Assembly (NCBI RefSeq): GCF_002310835.1
Contig: NZ_CP011041.1
Location: 2,730,001-2,762,000 of the forward strand
Direction: 5' to 3'
Source of the DNA: Pseudoalteromonas tetraodonis
GTDB lineage: Bacteria > Pseudomonadota > Gammaproteobacteria > Enterobacterales > Alteromonadaceae
Length of the DNA stretch: 32,000 bases
The notes under the pieces: generated by a model
The model's input: only the letters and a program-made list of their open reading frames with translations
What the model was told of the DNA's origin: nothing
Database searches by the model: none
Made by a program: the position numbers and the translations under genes
Shown here: positions 8,391 to 16,800 of the stretch, piece by piece
Position numbering within the stretch: the first letter of the stretch is position 1
How the letters are laid out: each line of letters starts with the position of its first letter

Positions 8391-8797
8391 TATTGAGTAG
8401 GTAAAACGCCTTGCGTTAAGTAATTTTTCAAAGAAGTAAATAAAGGTGAAGGTAAGTTATTAATATCGCACCAACGCCACTGTAAACATTTGTTAGGCTC
8501 TTTATTCACAGGCTCGCCACCTTCATACTTTGCCCGTACATATAAAGTAATATAGTGCTTGTTCTCGGCGCTAAATATATCGTTGGTAAAATCGAGTTTA
8601 CGAATATTAGTAACAGTAAGCCCTGTCTCTTCTGCTACTTCGCGCACTGCACATTGCTCAACCGTTTCACCAAATTCTAAATGCCCCCCAGGGGTTGCCC
8701 AGGTATTTGCACCATGTGCGCCTATTCGCTCACCGAGTAAAATTTTATTATCATGCATTACTATCACTGCAACGCCTACTCTGACAACTTGACTCAT
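8387..8797 (-). CDS. NUDIX hydrolase
   Basis: Nudix box 'GGHLEFGETVEQCAVREVAEETGL'. The track start is GTG at 8806; I prefer the ATG at 8797 ('MSQVVRV'). The stop overlaps the stop of the convergent SBP gene. Confidence 0.85.
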   Translation of the reverse strand: MSQVVRVGVAVIVMHDNKILLGERIGAHGANTWATPGGHLEFGETVEQCAVREVAEETGLTVTNIRKLDFTNDIFSAENKHYITLYVRAKYEGGEPVNKEPNKCLQWRWCDINNLPSPLFTSLKNYLTQGVLPTQY

Positions 8798-8966
8798 TAT
8801 TACCACATTAAATAGTTCATCATTTTTATATGTTACCTCATTTAAATCATCAAACTAGTCGTTAGTTCGTTATAAACCATAGCGTTAGCTAAAAACCACA
8901 TAACCCGTTCATTATTTAACCGACCATAGTCGAATATCACTCCTGATAAAAAGCGCTTAGTTTTAA

Positions 8967-9011
8967 GGTCTGTTGATCTTTCAAGCTTTAATTTGCAAAG
9001 GTCAACAGACC
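8967..9011 (+). promoter_or_regulatory. Long imperfect palindrome / potential 5'-leader hairpin upstream of the prpE-like gene
   Basis: ggtctgttgatcttt (8967-8981) pairs with aaaggtcaacagacc (8997-9011): 15 bp with one T:G position and a 15-nt loop. It ends 39 nt before the ATG at 9050. Confidence 0.4.
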
Positions 9012-9049
9012 CTAAATAAAGTTATATTAAATTTTGCTCAGGAGCCTTT

Positions 9050-10939
9050 ATGTCAGGTGAATACAAACAACATTACAACGAGTTTAAACAAAACCCGGCA
9101 GCGTTTTGGTTATCGCAAAGTAAACGCCTCCCTTGGTACCAGGCTCCCGAAACAGCTTACACACAAGATGAAAACGGTTTATATCACTGGTATGCCGACG
9201 GCCAACTTAATAGCTGCTTTTTAGCGGTAGATCAGCATGTTATTGCAGGCCATGGTGATGAAACAGCGTTAATTTATGACTCACCCGTAACCAATACCGC
9301 GCGCAGCTACAGTTACTTTGAACTGCAACAAGAAGTCGCTAAATTCGCAGGAGTAATGCAGTCTTTAGGCGTAACAAAAGGCGACCGCGTGGTTATTTAT
9401 ATGCCCATGATCCCCGAGGCCGTAATTGGTATGTTAGCCTGCGCCCGCATCGGCGCTATTCATTCGGTCGTATTTGGCGGGTTTGCAGCGCATGAGCTTG
9501 CCGTAAGAATTGATGACGCCAAGCCTAAGTTAGTACTCAGTGCCTCTTGCGGTATAGAAGTGAATACCGTAATTGAATACAAAGAGTTACTTGATAACGC
9601 GCTCGAATCAGCCTCTTATAAAGTAGAACATTGTATTATTTATCAGCGTGAGAAAGTAACTGCACCACTTATGCCTGAGCGTGATATTGACTGGGCTGTT
9701 GCAATGCAAACAGCTACTGGCGTTGATCCTGTTCCGGTAAATGGCGATCACCCGCTTTATATTTTATACACGTCAGGCACAACGGGTACTCCCAAGGGAG
9801 TTGTTCGTGAAAATGGCGGCCATGCCGTTGCCATGCATTACAGCATGGAAACCGTATACGGAATGAAACCCGGTGACGTGTTTTGGGCCGCTTCGGATAT
9901 TGGTTGGGTTGTAGGCCATTCGTACATAGTGTATGCCCCGCTTATGTACCGCTGTGCCACTATTTTATTTGAAGGTAAACCAGTTAGAACCCCAGATGCC
10001 AGTGCATTTTGGCGAGTGGTTGAACAGTATAAAGTAACGGCTTTATTTAGCGCACCGACAGCCTTTAGAGCGATAAAAAAAGAAGATCCCAATGCCGATG
10101 GGTTTAAACAATACGATACTTCAAGTCTGAAACGCTTGTTTTTAGCAGGCGAGCGCTTAGATCCTCCCACCTACGATTGGCTCAAAGAAAAAACAGGCCT
10201 ACCTGTGCTTGATCATTGGTGGCAAACCGAAACTGGTTGGGCGATAGCCTGTAATCCTGTCGGCATTGAGCACCTACCTACAAAAGCAGGCAGTTCAACG
10301 GTTGCGACTCCTGGGTTTGACGTACGTATTTTAGATATGAATGGTGACGAATGCGCCCCCAATGAACAAGGTGCAGTCGTTATTAAACTGCCTTTACCGC
10401 CAGGATGTTTACCCACTATTTGGCAAAATACCGAACGCTTTAAAGCCGGTTATTTAAGTGAATATGAAGGCTATTATCTTTCTGGCGACGGCGGTTATAT
10501 TGATGATGATGGCTACCTATTTATTATGGGCCGCACCGATGATGTGATTAATGTCGCGGGGCATCGTTTATCAACCGGTGAAATGGAAGAAATTGTAGCC
10601 GCTCATCCCGCGGTTGCTGAATGTGCCGTATTTGGTGTTAATGATGCGCTCAAGGGTCAAAACCCCATGGCCATGGTGGTATTAAAAAATGATTTTCATG
10701 GCTCGCATAAAGAAGTAGAGCAGCAATTGGTGCGAACCGTGCGTAATCAAATCGGCGCTATTGCGTGTCTTAAAAATATTATGTGTGTAGAGCGCTTACC
10801 AAAAACACGCTCAGGTAAAATTTTACGCAAAAACTTACGTCAACTTATTGATGGTGAAGAACTACAAATTCCATCAACCATTGACGATCCGAGTATTTTT
10901 GAGGAGTTAACTCTGCAACTTGCTGAAAATAAAATATAA
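9050..10939 (+). CDS. prpE: Propionate-CoA ligase (acyl-CoA synthetase, PrpE-like, AMP-forming)
   Basis: 629 aa with SD aggag upstream. AMP-binding motif 'YTSGTTGTPKG'; also 'ASDIGWVVGHSYIVYAPL', 'GRTDDVINVAGHRL' and 'LPKTRSGKILR'. Collinear with my recollection of E. coli PrpE along the whole length. No prpBCD genes are nearby. Confidence 0.8.
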   Translation: MSGEYKQHYNEFKQNPAAFWLSQSKRLPWYQAPETAYTQDENGLYHWYADGQLNSCFLAVDQHVIAGHGDETALIYDSPVTNTARSYSYFELQQEVAKFAGVMQSLGVTKGDRVVIYMPMIPEAVIGMLACARIGAIHSVVFGGFAAHELAVRIDDAKPKLVLSASCGIEVNTVIEYKELLDNALESASYKVEHCIIYQREKVTAPLMPERDIDWAVAMQTATGVDPVPVNGDHPLYILYTSGTTGTPKGVVRENGGHAVAMHYSMETVYGMKPGDVFWAASDIGWVVGHSYIVYAPLMYRCATILFEGKPVRTPDASAFWRVVEQYKVTALFSAPTAFRAIKKEDPNADGFKQYDTSSLKRLFLAGERLDPPTYDWLKEKTGLPVLDHWWQTETGWAIACNPVGIEHLPTKAGSSTVATPGFDVRILDMNGDECAPNEQGAVVIKLPLPPGCLPTIWQNTERFKAGYLSEYEGYYLSGDGGYIDDDGYLFIMGRTDDVINVAGHRLSTGEMEEIVAAHPAVAECAVFGVNDALKGQNPMAMVVLKNDFHGSHKEVEQQLVRTVRNQIGAIACLKNIMCVERLPKTRSGKILRKNLRQLIDGEELQIPSTIDDPSIFEELTLQLAENKI

Positions 10940-10954
10940 ATATTATTTTTAAAA

Positions 10955-10985
10955 CGTCTATTTAAGCGCGGCTTAAATAGACTTT
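10955..10985 (+). terminator. Rho-independent terminator of the prpE-like gene
   Basis: 12-bp stem gtctatttaagc (10955-10966) / gcttaaatagac (10970-10981), 3-nt loop, then TTTT. Confidence 0.8.
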
Positions 10986-11058
10986 TCTCGCCCCATCTGC
11001 TTAACTAGATTTCATTAAATAGATGAAACTCACGCAAATAAATCTCTTGGGAATATAA

Positions 11059-12327
11059 ATGACTGAAATACGATCGCAGCTGCGAGAATTTTTACTGCAA
11101 TGGTTTAGTCTTTATTTTCCTGGGAGTGCGCATTTATGGTACAACATATTAGTACTGTGCTGGGTTGGCTTATTTGCGCTCATATTGCACCTCATCTTAA
11201 GGTCAGTTTCAAAACGACTACTTAAAGGCCGCTTTAGTGATAAAGTTGTTCAAACCGATACCCACACGCCTGCCGACTTAGCGCTTAAATTAACACGTAA
11301 TATTTCCTTTGTTTTACAAGGTGCTGTGGTTGTTATACAAGCTAGGCTCTGGGTTCCAGAAGGAACGGCTTTTTTACATATCATTGAGATGTTTACTGAT
11401 CAGTGGATCATTTTATTTGCACTGCTCTCGCTGTTTTCTATGCTCAATATTTTTCAAGCAATATCTGACAGGCAACCCATTGCAGCTCACTTTCCATTAC
11501 GTGGTTTTTTACAAACAATTAAACTGATCGCCAGCGTATTAACCGGTATTTTAGCGATTTCATTATTAATGAATAAATCCCCGTTAATATTACTCAGTGG
11601 TTTAGGTGCGCTATCGGCTGTACTGCTACTGGTGTTTAAAGACGCTATTTTAGGGCTGGTGGCCGGTATTCAGCTTTCAGCAAACAATATGCTTGCGGTT
11701 GGTGATTGGTTAGAAATGCCCAAATACGGCGCAGATGGCGATGTGATTGATATAGCCTTGACCACAGTTAAAGTAAGAAATTGGGATAAAACCATTACCA
11801 CTATTCCAACCTATGCGCTAATTTCTGACTCATTTAAAAACTGGCGCGGTATGTCAGAATCCGGTGGGCGGCGCATAAAACGGAGTATCCATATAGAAAT
11901 GAGCAGTGTGCGCTTTTTAGATGAGCAAGAAATCACCGCGCTGAAAAAAGCAGATTTATTAAGTCACTACCTCGAAATTACCCTACCGGTTATCAACGAG
12001 CAAAATACCACGAAAAAAATAGATATGAGCTGTACGTTAAATGGTCGTCGGCTCACTAATGTTGGCACATTTCGTCATTATTTAGTCGCGTTATTAAAAC
12101 ATCACCCACATATTCATCAGGGAATGACACTGATGGTAAGGCAGCTAGAGCCAACTAAAAATGGCTTACCCATTGAGATTTATGCATTTACCAATACAAC
12201 TAATTGGGGTGAGTATGAAAATATTCAGTCAGATATATTTGACCATATATTAGCGATATTACCCGCCTTTTCGTTACGTGCCCATGAGGCACCAACAGGG
12301 AACGATATTCGTCAACTAATTAAATAG
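11059..12327 (+). CDS. Mechanosensitive ion channel family protein (MscS-like)
   Basis: 422 aa with N-terminal TM helices. The MscS core is recognisable: 'LLLVFKDAILGLVAGIQLSANNMLAVGDWLEMPKYGADGDVIDIALTTVKVRNWDKTITTIPTYALISDSFKNW'. Confidence 0.85.
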   Translation: MTEIRSQLREFLLQWFSLYFPGSAHLWYNILVLCWVGLFALILHLILRSVSKRLLKGRFSDKVVQTDTHTPADLALKLTRNISFVLQGAVVVIQARLWVPEGTAFLHIIEMFTDQWIILFALLSLFSMLNIFQAISDRQPIAAHFPLRGFLQTIKLIASVLTGILAISLLMNKSPLILLSGLGALSAVLLLVFKDAILGLVAGIQLSANNMLAVGDWLEMPKYGADGDVIDIALTTVKVRNWDKTITTIPTYALISDSFKNWRGMSESGGRRIKRSIHIEMSSVRFLDEQEITALKKADLLSHYLEITLPVINEQNTTKKIDMSCTLNGRRLTNVGTFRHYLVALLKHHPHIHQGMTLMVRQLEPTKNGLPIEIYAFTNTTNWGEYENIQSDIFDHILAILPAFSLRAHEAPTGNDIRQLIK

Positions 12328-12329
12328 TA

Positions 12330-13214
12330 CTAAATCCGTTTTAATTGCGCTATTAACCACTGGTGAATATCGCTGTTATTTGAACGTGGATGCCACGCTG
12401 CAATCACCTTAAATGGCGGTGGTAATAATTCAACTTCAAGCTGTTTCACTTTGGCGTTTGGCAGTAAACGCGATGGGTAAAAAGCAATTAAGTCAGTACT
12501 GCAAAGCAAATCGGGGACAAATGAAAAGCCAGGCACTGACATAACAATATTGCGCGCATAACCCTTATCAGCAAACCATTGGTCGTGAGAGCCTCGTAAG
12601 TTAGCACGTGACGCTGAAACCACTAATTGAGGGTGTGCGGCCACTTCAGCAAGGCTCAACGTCGATGAAGAAAACACCGTGTTTTTCCCCGCAATACAAA
12701 TATGTTGTTCTTCAAATAATGTGTCATAGATTAAGTTTGCAGGGATAAATTCAGGAAAACTAATTAATAAATCCAGCTCTCCTGCACTTATTAATTGATT
12801 AACATTATCAGAGGCAAAGTCACGAATAATCAGCTTTAATCCTGGCGCTTCGCGTCTTGTTATTTCTAATAATTGTGGCAAAAGAGCTGCTATAGCGTAA
12901 TCAGTCGCACTTATTGTAAATACGCCCTTGTAGCTACTTGGGATAAATTGTTTAGGTATTAATAACGCTTCTACCTGAGTTAATATTTGATTAATGGGCT
13001 TCTCTAGTGCAATTGCTTTAGGTGTTGCAACCATTGTATTGCCTTGGCGAATAAAAAGCCGATCGTCAAATAAGTCACGCAATTTTCGCAGCTGCTCACT
13101 AATAGCCTGCTGGGTTAAGCCCATTTTGCGCGCCACATCCGACACATTTTTTAGTTTAAGTAATGCACTCAATATTCGTAATTGTTTTATATCAAGCCGA
13201 GATATACCATTCAT
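12330..13214 (-). CDS. LysR family transcriptional regulator
   Basis: 294 aa. N-terminal HTH 'LDIKQLRILSALLKLKNVSDVARKMGLTQQAISEQLRKLRDLFDDRLF'. Divergent from the OYE reductase gene. Confidence 0.9.
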   Translation of the reverse strand: MNGISRLDIKQLRILSALLKLKNVSDVARKMGLTQQAISEQLRKLRDLFDDRLFIRQGNTMVATPKAIALEKPINQILTQVEALLIPKQFIPSSYKGVFTISATDYAIAALLPQLLEITRREAPGLKLIIRDFASDNVNQLISAGELDLLISFPEFIPANLIYDTLFEEQHICIAGKNTVFSSSTLSLAEVAAHPQLVVSASRANLRGSHDQWFADKGYARNIVMSVPGFSFVPDLLCSTDLIAFYPSRLLPNAKVKQLEVELLPPPFKVIAAWHPRSNNSDIHQWLIAQLKRI

Positions 13215-13324
13215 AATTGTATCTTAAACAAAAAAGCATTGTTTCAAATTGTACCTTTTAATCCCTATGCTCACCAGCATTGTAATTGGCGCTAAACAGC
13301 ATTATTAATTTAAAAGGTATTAAA

Positions 13325-14467
13325 ATGAGTCAACCAAGTAAAAATATCGACAGTCTATTTTCATCAATCAATTTAGGCCCATACACACTTAAAAACCGTA
13401 TTGTAATGCCGCCACTTACACGTTCACGTAGCACGGTTCCTGGCAATATCCCCAACGAGGTGATGGCCACATATTATGCACAGCGTGCTAGTGCTGGTTT
13501 TATGGTTACCGAAGGCACTCAAATTGAACCAAGAGGACAAGGGTATGCCTGGACACCAGGCATTCATTCTAATCAACAAATAGCTGGTTGGAAAAAAGTA
13601 ACTGATGCAGTACATGCAGAAGGTGGAATTATTTTTGCTCAACTTTGGCATGTTGGCCGCGTTTCACATACTAGCTTACAGCCTAATGAAGCCAAACCTA
13701 TTGCCCCCTCAGCTCTAATAGCTGATAGCGTTAAAGTCTTTATTGAAACAGGACCGGCTCAAGGCGCTTTAGCCGATCCAAGTGAACCACAAGCTTTGAC
13801 AACCGATGAAGTAAAAGAGCTTGTTGGCATGTATGCACAAGCTGCCCGTAATGCGCTAGAAGCGGGGTTTGATGGTGTAGAACTGCATTGTGCTAATGGG
13901 TATTTAGTAAATCAGTTTATTTCTGAGCACACCAATAAACGAGATGATGAATACGGCGGATCTCTTACTAATCGCCTGCGCTTTTTAAAAGAAATTGTCG
14001 CGGCAGTAAGTGACGTAGTAGGCCCTGAGCGCTTAGGGGTTAGATTTGCGCCCTTATTTAGCAGTACTGATGAAACCCGTGTTTATTTAGGGTTAGTAGA
14101 ATCAGACCCACACCATACCTACATTGAAGCGATTAAAGTACTTGAACAAGCTGGTATTGCCTACCTTTCAATTGCAGAAGCTGATTGGGACAATGCCCCT
14201 GATTTACCAGAGCAATTTTATCAAGCAGCTAGAGCTGAATTTTCTGGGCGTATTATTTACGCTGGTAAGTACACTGTTGAAAAAGCGGTGGCGATGTTAG
14301 TTAAAGGCTACGGTGATTTATTTGCTTTTGGTCGCCCTTTTATTGCAAACCCTGATTTACCAGCGCGCATAAAAAATCAATGGCCATTAAATGAAGCCGA
14401 TGCAGCCACTATGTATGGCGGGACTGAGCAAGGTTACAGTGACTACCCTTACTACAAAAACGATTAA
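13325..14467 (+). CDS. nemA: NADH:flavin oxidoreductase / alkene reductase of the Old Yellow Enzyme family (N-ethylmaleimide reductase-like)
   Basis: The track ORF starts at TTG 13286. I prefer the ATG at 13325, which has AGG 7 nt upstream. Collinear with E. coli NemA as I recall it: 'NRIVMPPLTRSR', 'YYAQRASAG', 'AQLWHVGRVSH', 'GFDGVELHCANGYL', 'FGRPFIANPDLPAR'. Confidence 0.85.
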   Translation: MSQPSKNIDSLFSSINLGPYTLKNRIVMPPLTRSRSTVPGNIPNEVMATYYAQRASAGFMVTEGTQIEPRGQGYAWTPGIHSNQQIAGWKKVTDAVHAEGGIIFAQLWHVGRVSHTSLQPNEAKPIAPSALIADSVKVFIETGPAQGALADPSEPQALTTDEVKELVGMYAQAARNALEAGFDGVELHCANGYLVNQFISEHTNKRDDEYGGSLTNRLRFLKEIVAAVSDVVGPERLGVRFAPLFSSTDETRVYLGLVESDPHHTYIEAIKVLEQAGIAYLSIAEADWDNAPDLPEQFYQAARAEFSGRIIYAGKYTVEKAVAMLVKGYGDLFAFGRPFIANPDLPARIKNQWPLNEADAATMYGGTEQGYSDYPYYKND

Positions 14468-14712
14468 TTAATAGGCCATGGATGGCCTTATTCAATGTTT
14501 AAACGCTTTTTACATCGTCTCCCACCTTGTTGAATTTAATCTGCTCACTATTTTTACATTTACTAAAATGTCATACATTTGGTTAAAAAATGTCGATAAA
14601 AAACATTAAAATTAGTTTTAAAGTATTGTTTTTAAATAATTAACAAGCATTAAAGTAGTAATATTTTTTATATATCAATACAATAAGCTTTTATTTTTTT
14701 AGGCATCGGTCT

Positions 14713-15912
14713 TTGGAGCATGGGTTGTTAAAATTAGCAGGAGTTAAATCAACTTCTTTGAGTCTTTTAGCCGTGTGTGGATTATTTTTGTTATTAACTC
14801 AATTTCAAACCCAATGGCAAAGTAAGCTCTCTCTTATTAATAATCTTGTTTATCCATTACTGATTATTACCGCTATATTTGCCACTCAGTTTAATCGAAG
14901 TCGAGTTGCTATTTTGTGCGCGTTTTGGTTACTTTATTTATGTTCACTTGAGTATGCTTTGCCCTGGTCAAGTTGGCTTAAAGCGCAATCTGATTGGGTT
15001 TTACTATGCGCTGCAAGTTTATTAATGTTGTTAGCCGTGATAAAAGATCGCGCACTTTTATCAATACACACTGCGACCCGAACCTTATTAATTATTCTAT
15101 GTGGCGGCGCAGCATTTGCGTGGCTGGCACTGAGTCTGCATTTACAAGGGCTATCATTACAACCTTCTGTTTATACTCAACTGCTTCCTTATTTACCCAT
15201 AGCTTTACCACTGTCGCTCATTGGCAGCTTACTCATTTGGCAAAGCGTAAGAACACATAACCTGACGCAAACGGCGTTACTCATCACTTTTATTGTGTGG
15301 TGCCTTAACCAACAACATGTTATTGATTTTCCTTGGTCTGTCATTGCTGTACTTATGGCTTCTCTGTATTTATTAGCGGTGAGTACCGACTCTTATTATT
15401 TAGCTTACAGAGACGATTTAACGAGCTTACCAACGCGCCGCGCACTTAATCAGCTTGCTCTATCATTAGGGCGAAAATACACTGTTGCTATGCTCGATAT
15501 TGACCACTTTAAAAAATTCAACGACACCTATGGCCATGATATTGGCGACCAAGTACTTAAGCTAGTGGCAGCAAAAATGAGTGGCGTTAAAGGGGGTGGC
15601 AAGATTTACCGCTATGGCGGAGAGGAATTTACCGTTGTATTTCCAAGAAAAACAGCTGAGCAGTCAATTCCTGAACTAGAAACACTGCGTCAAAATATTG
15701 CAACTTACGACATGGTGATCAGAAACCCAAAACGCACAGATAAAAAATCTCGCAAAGGTAAACAGCCAAGCGACAATAAAACGGTGAACGTGACTGTTTC
15801 TATTGGCGTAGCACAAAGAACAGCAAAACAAAGCTTTGACGAGGCTTTAAAAAATGCTGATTTAGCGCTTTATAGAGCTAAAAAGAAAGGCAGAAACAAC
15901 GTAAGCGAATAA
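14713..15912 (+). CDS. Membrane-anchored diguanylate cyclase (polytopic N-terminal domain + GGDEF domain, GGEEF active site)
   Basis: 'DIDHFKKFNDTYGHDIGDQVL', 'YGGEEF', 'VTVSIGVA'. No RxxD I-site sits upstream of GGEEF. There is a Lys/Arg-rich insertion 'NPKRTDKKSRKGKQPSDNK'. The start is uncertain: TTG at 14713, with no in-frame ATG nearby. Confidence 0.8.
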   Translation: MEHGLLKLAGVKSTSLSLLAVCGLFLLLTQFQTQWQSKLSLINNLVYPLLIITAIFATQFNRSRVAILCAFWLLYLCSLEYALPWSSWLKAQSDWVLLCAASLLMLLAVIKDRALLSIHTATRTLLIILCGGAAFAWLALSLHLQGLSLQPSVYTQLLPYLPIALPLSLIGSLLIWQSVRTHNLTQTALLITFIVWCLNQQHVIDFPWSVIAVLMASLYLLAVSTDSYYLAYRDDLTSLPTRRALNQLALSLGRKYTVAMLDIDHFKKFNDTYGHDIGDQVLKLVAAKMSGVKGGGKIYRYGGEEFTVVFPRKTAEQSIPELETLRQNIATYDMVIRNPKRTDKKSRKGKQPSDNKTVNVTVSIGVAQRTAKQSFDEALKNADLALYRAKKKGRNNVSE

Positions 15913-15946
15913 TGCTTTTATAACGTGGCACGCTAACGTTTAGTTA

Positions 15947-15968
15947 TAGCATGCCCAAAGGCATGCTA
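15947..15968. terminator. Hairpin between convergent genes (possible bidirectional terminator)
   Basis: Stem tagcatgcc (15947-15955) / ggcatgcta (15960-15968), loop caaa. The flanking T-tracts are weak. Confidence 0.45.
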
Positions 15969-15982
15969 ACTTTACCTGCAAC

Positions 15983-16510
15983 CTATTGCTTTTCAATCAC
16001 CGCTTTTAAATTATTTAACGCAGAGACCGAAAAGCCACGGTCGTAAAAGTAAATAATTTTGCCACTCTCATCAAGCAGTATTATGCGGCTGTTATTCGGG
16101 TTTTCGTTACCAGTAAATGCTTGAACCTTATCGCCATCTTTGTAAATTGTGATCACCCCACCCCACAACTCTTTTGGGATCCCTTTGCGCATACCGCTAT
16201 CGATTAAGGTACTAAACATGCGAGGAACCATACCCTGAATAGTGGGCAACTCATAAGCGGTCACATTCACTGCGCTCATATCTAAACCAATAAGCCAACG
16301 ATCAATATCAAACTGGCTATCTTGTTTATAACCAATTAACAGCAACGTATTGGGGTTGTTAAAGTCCTCAGGAATGGTGAATGACTTTTGCTCTAAGCTT
16401 TCTCCCGTCACAGTAGGAAATTGCTTACCAAGTAGTGCTTGGTTTGGGTATTGGGTTGAACACCCACTAACCACTAAAACCATCACCAGTGCCATTATTG
16501 CCTTTAACAT
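15983..16510 (-). CDS. Lipoprotein of unknown function
   Basis: 175 aa. Signal peptide plus lipobox 'LVVSGCST'; SD gggag upstream. The overall pattern ('GKQFPTVTGESLEQKSFTIPEDFNNPNTLLLIGY') resembles redoxin-like folds but lacks a CxxC motif. The fold assignment is speculative. Confidence 0.6.
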   Translation of the reverse strand: MLKAIMALVMVLVVSGCSTQYPNQALLGKQFPTVTGESLEQKSFTIPEDFNNPNTLLLIGYKQDSQFDIDRWLIGLDMSAVNVTAYELPTIQGMVPRMFSTLIDSGMRKGIPKELWGGVITIYKDGDKVQAFTGNENPNNSRIILLDESGKIIYFYDRGFSVSALNNLKAVIEKQ

Positions 16511-16800
16511 ACCTATACTCCCTTTTTAAATAAAAACTAAAGTGAACAAATTAATTTATTACTACGTACTAGGGTTACGATTTTATTTGTAGTTAAGATC
16601 TTACTTTCATCTAGTAAACGCCATAAATTAAAGAAAATACAATCATATGGGTTAATTTTTTCAACAATGCGCTCATTCGTTATACTTTAATATTATTACT
16701 ATATTCATTTTAATTCTATACCATAGCGAAAGCGTATTTTGTTAACGTCTTACAAAGCGTTAAAGTGCCGCGCTAATTCACAGCTATAAAAGAGGGTACT

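Noticed and set aside
8973-9224. 83-aa plus-strand ORF overlapping the prpE-like start
   Set aside because: It has a non-ATG start inside the upstream palindrome and overlaps the well-supported PrpE frame, which has a strong SD (aggag) at 9040-9044. No motifs are present.
14471-14490. Hairpin aggccatggatggcct after the OYE reductase gene, considered as a terminator
   Set aside because: The stem is only 6-7 bp with an essentially 2-4-nt loop and no T-tract. That is too weak to call as a feature.
16511-16800. Possible riboswitch or leader in the 290-bp region upstream of the DAACS transporter
   Set aside because: The region is uniformly AT-rich, with only a 6-bp dyad (ttaacg/cgttaa). I see no G+C-rich helices and no conserved riboswitch core sequence that I can recognise.
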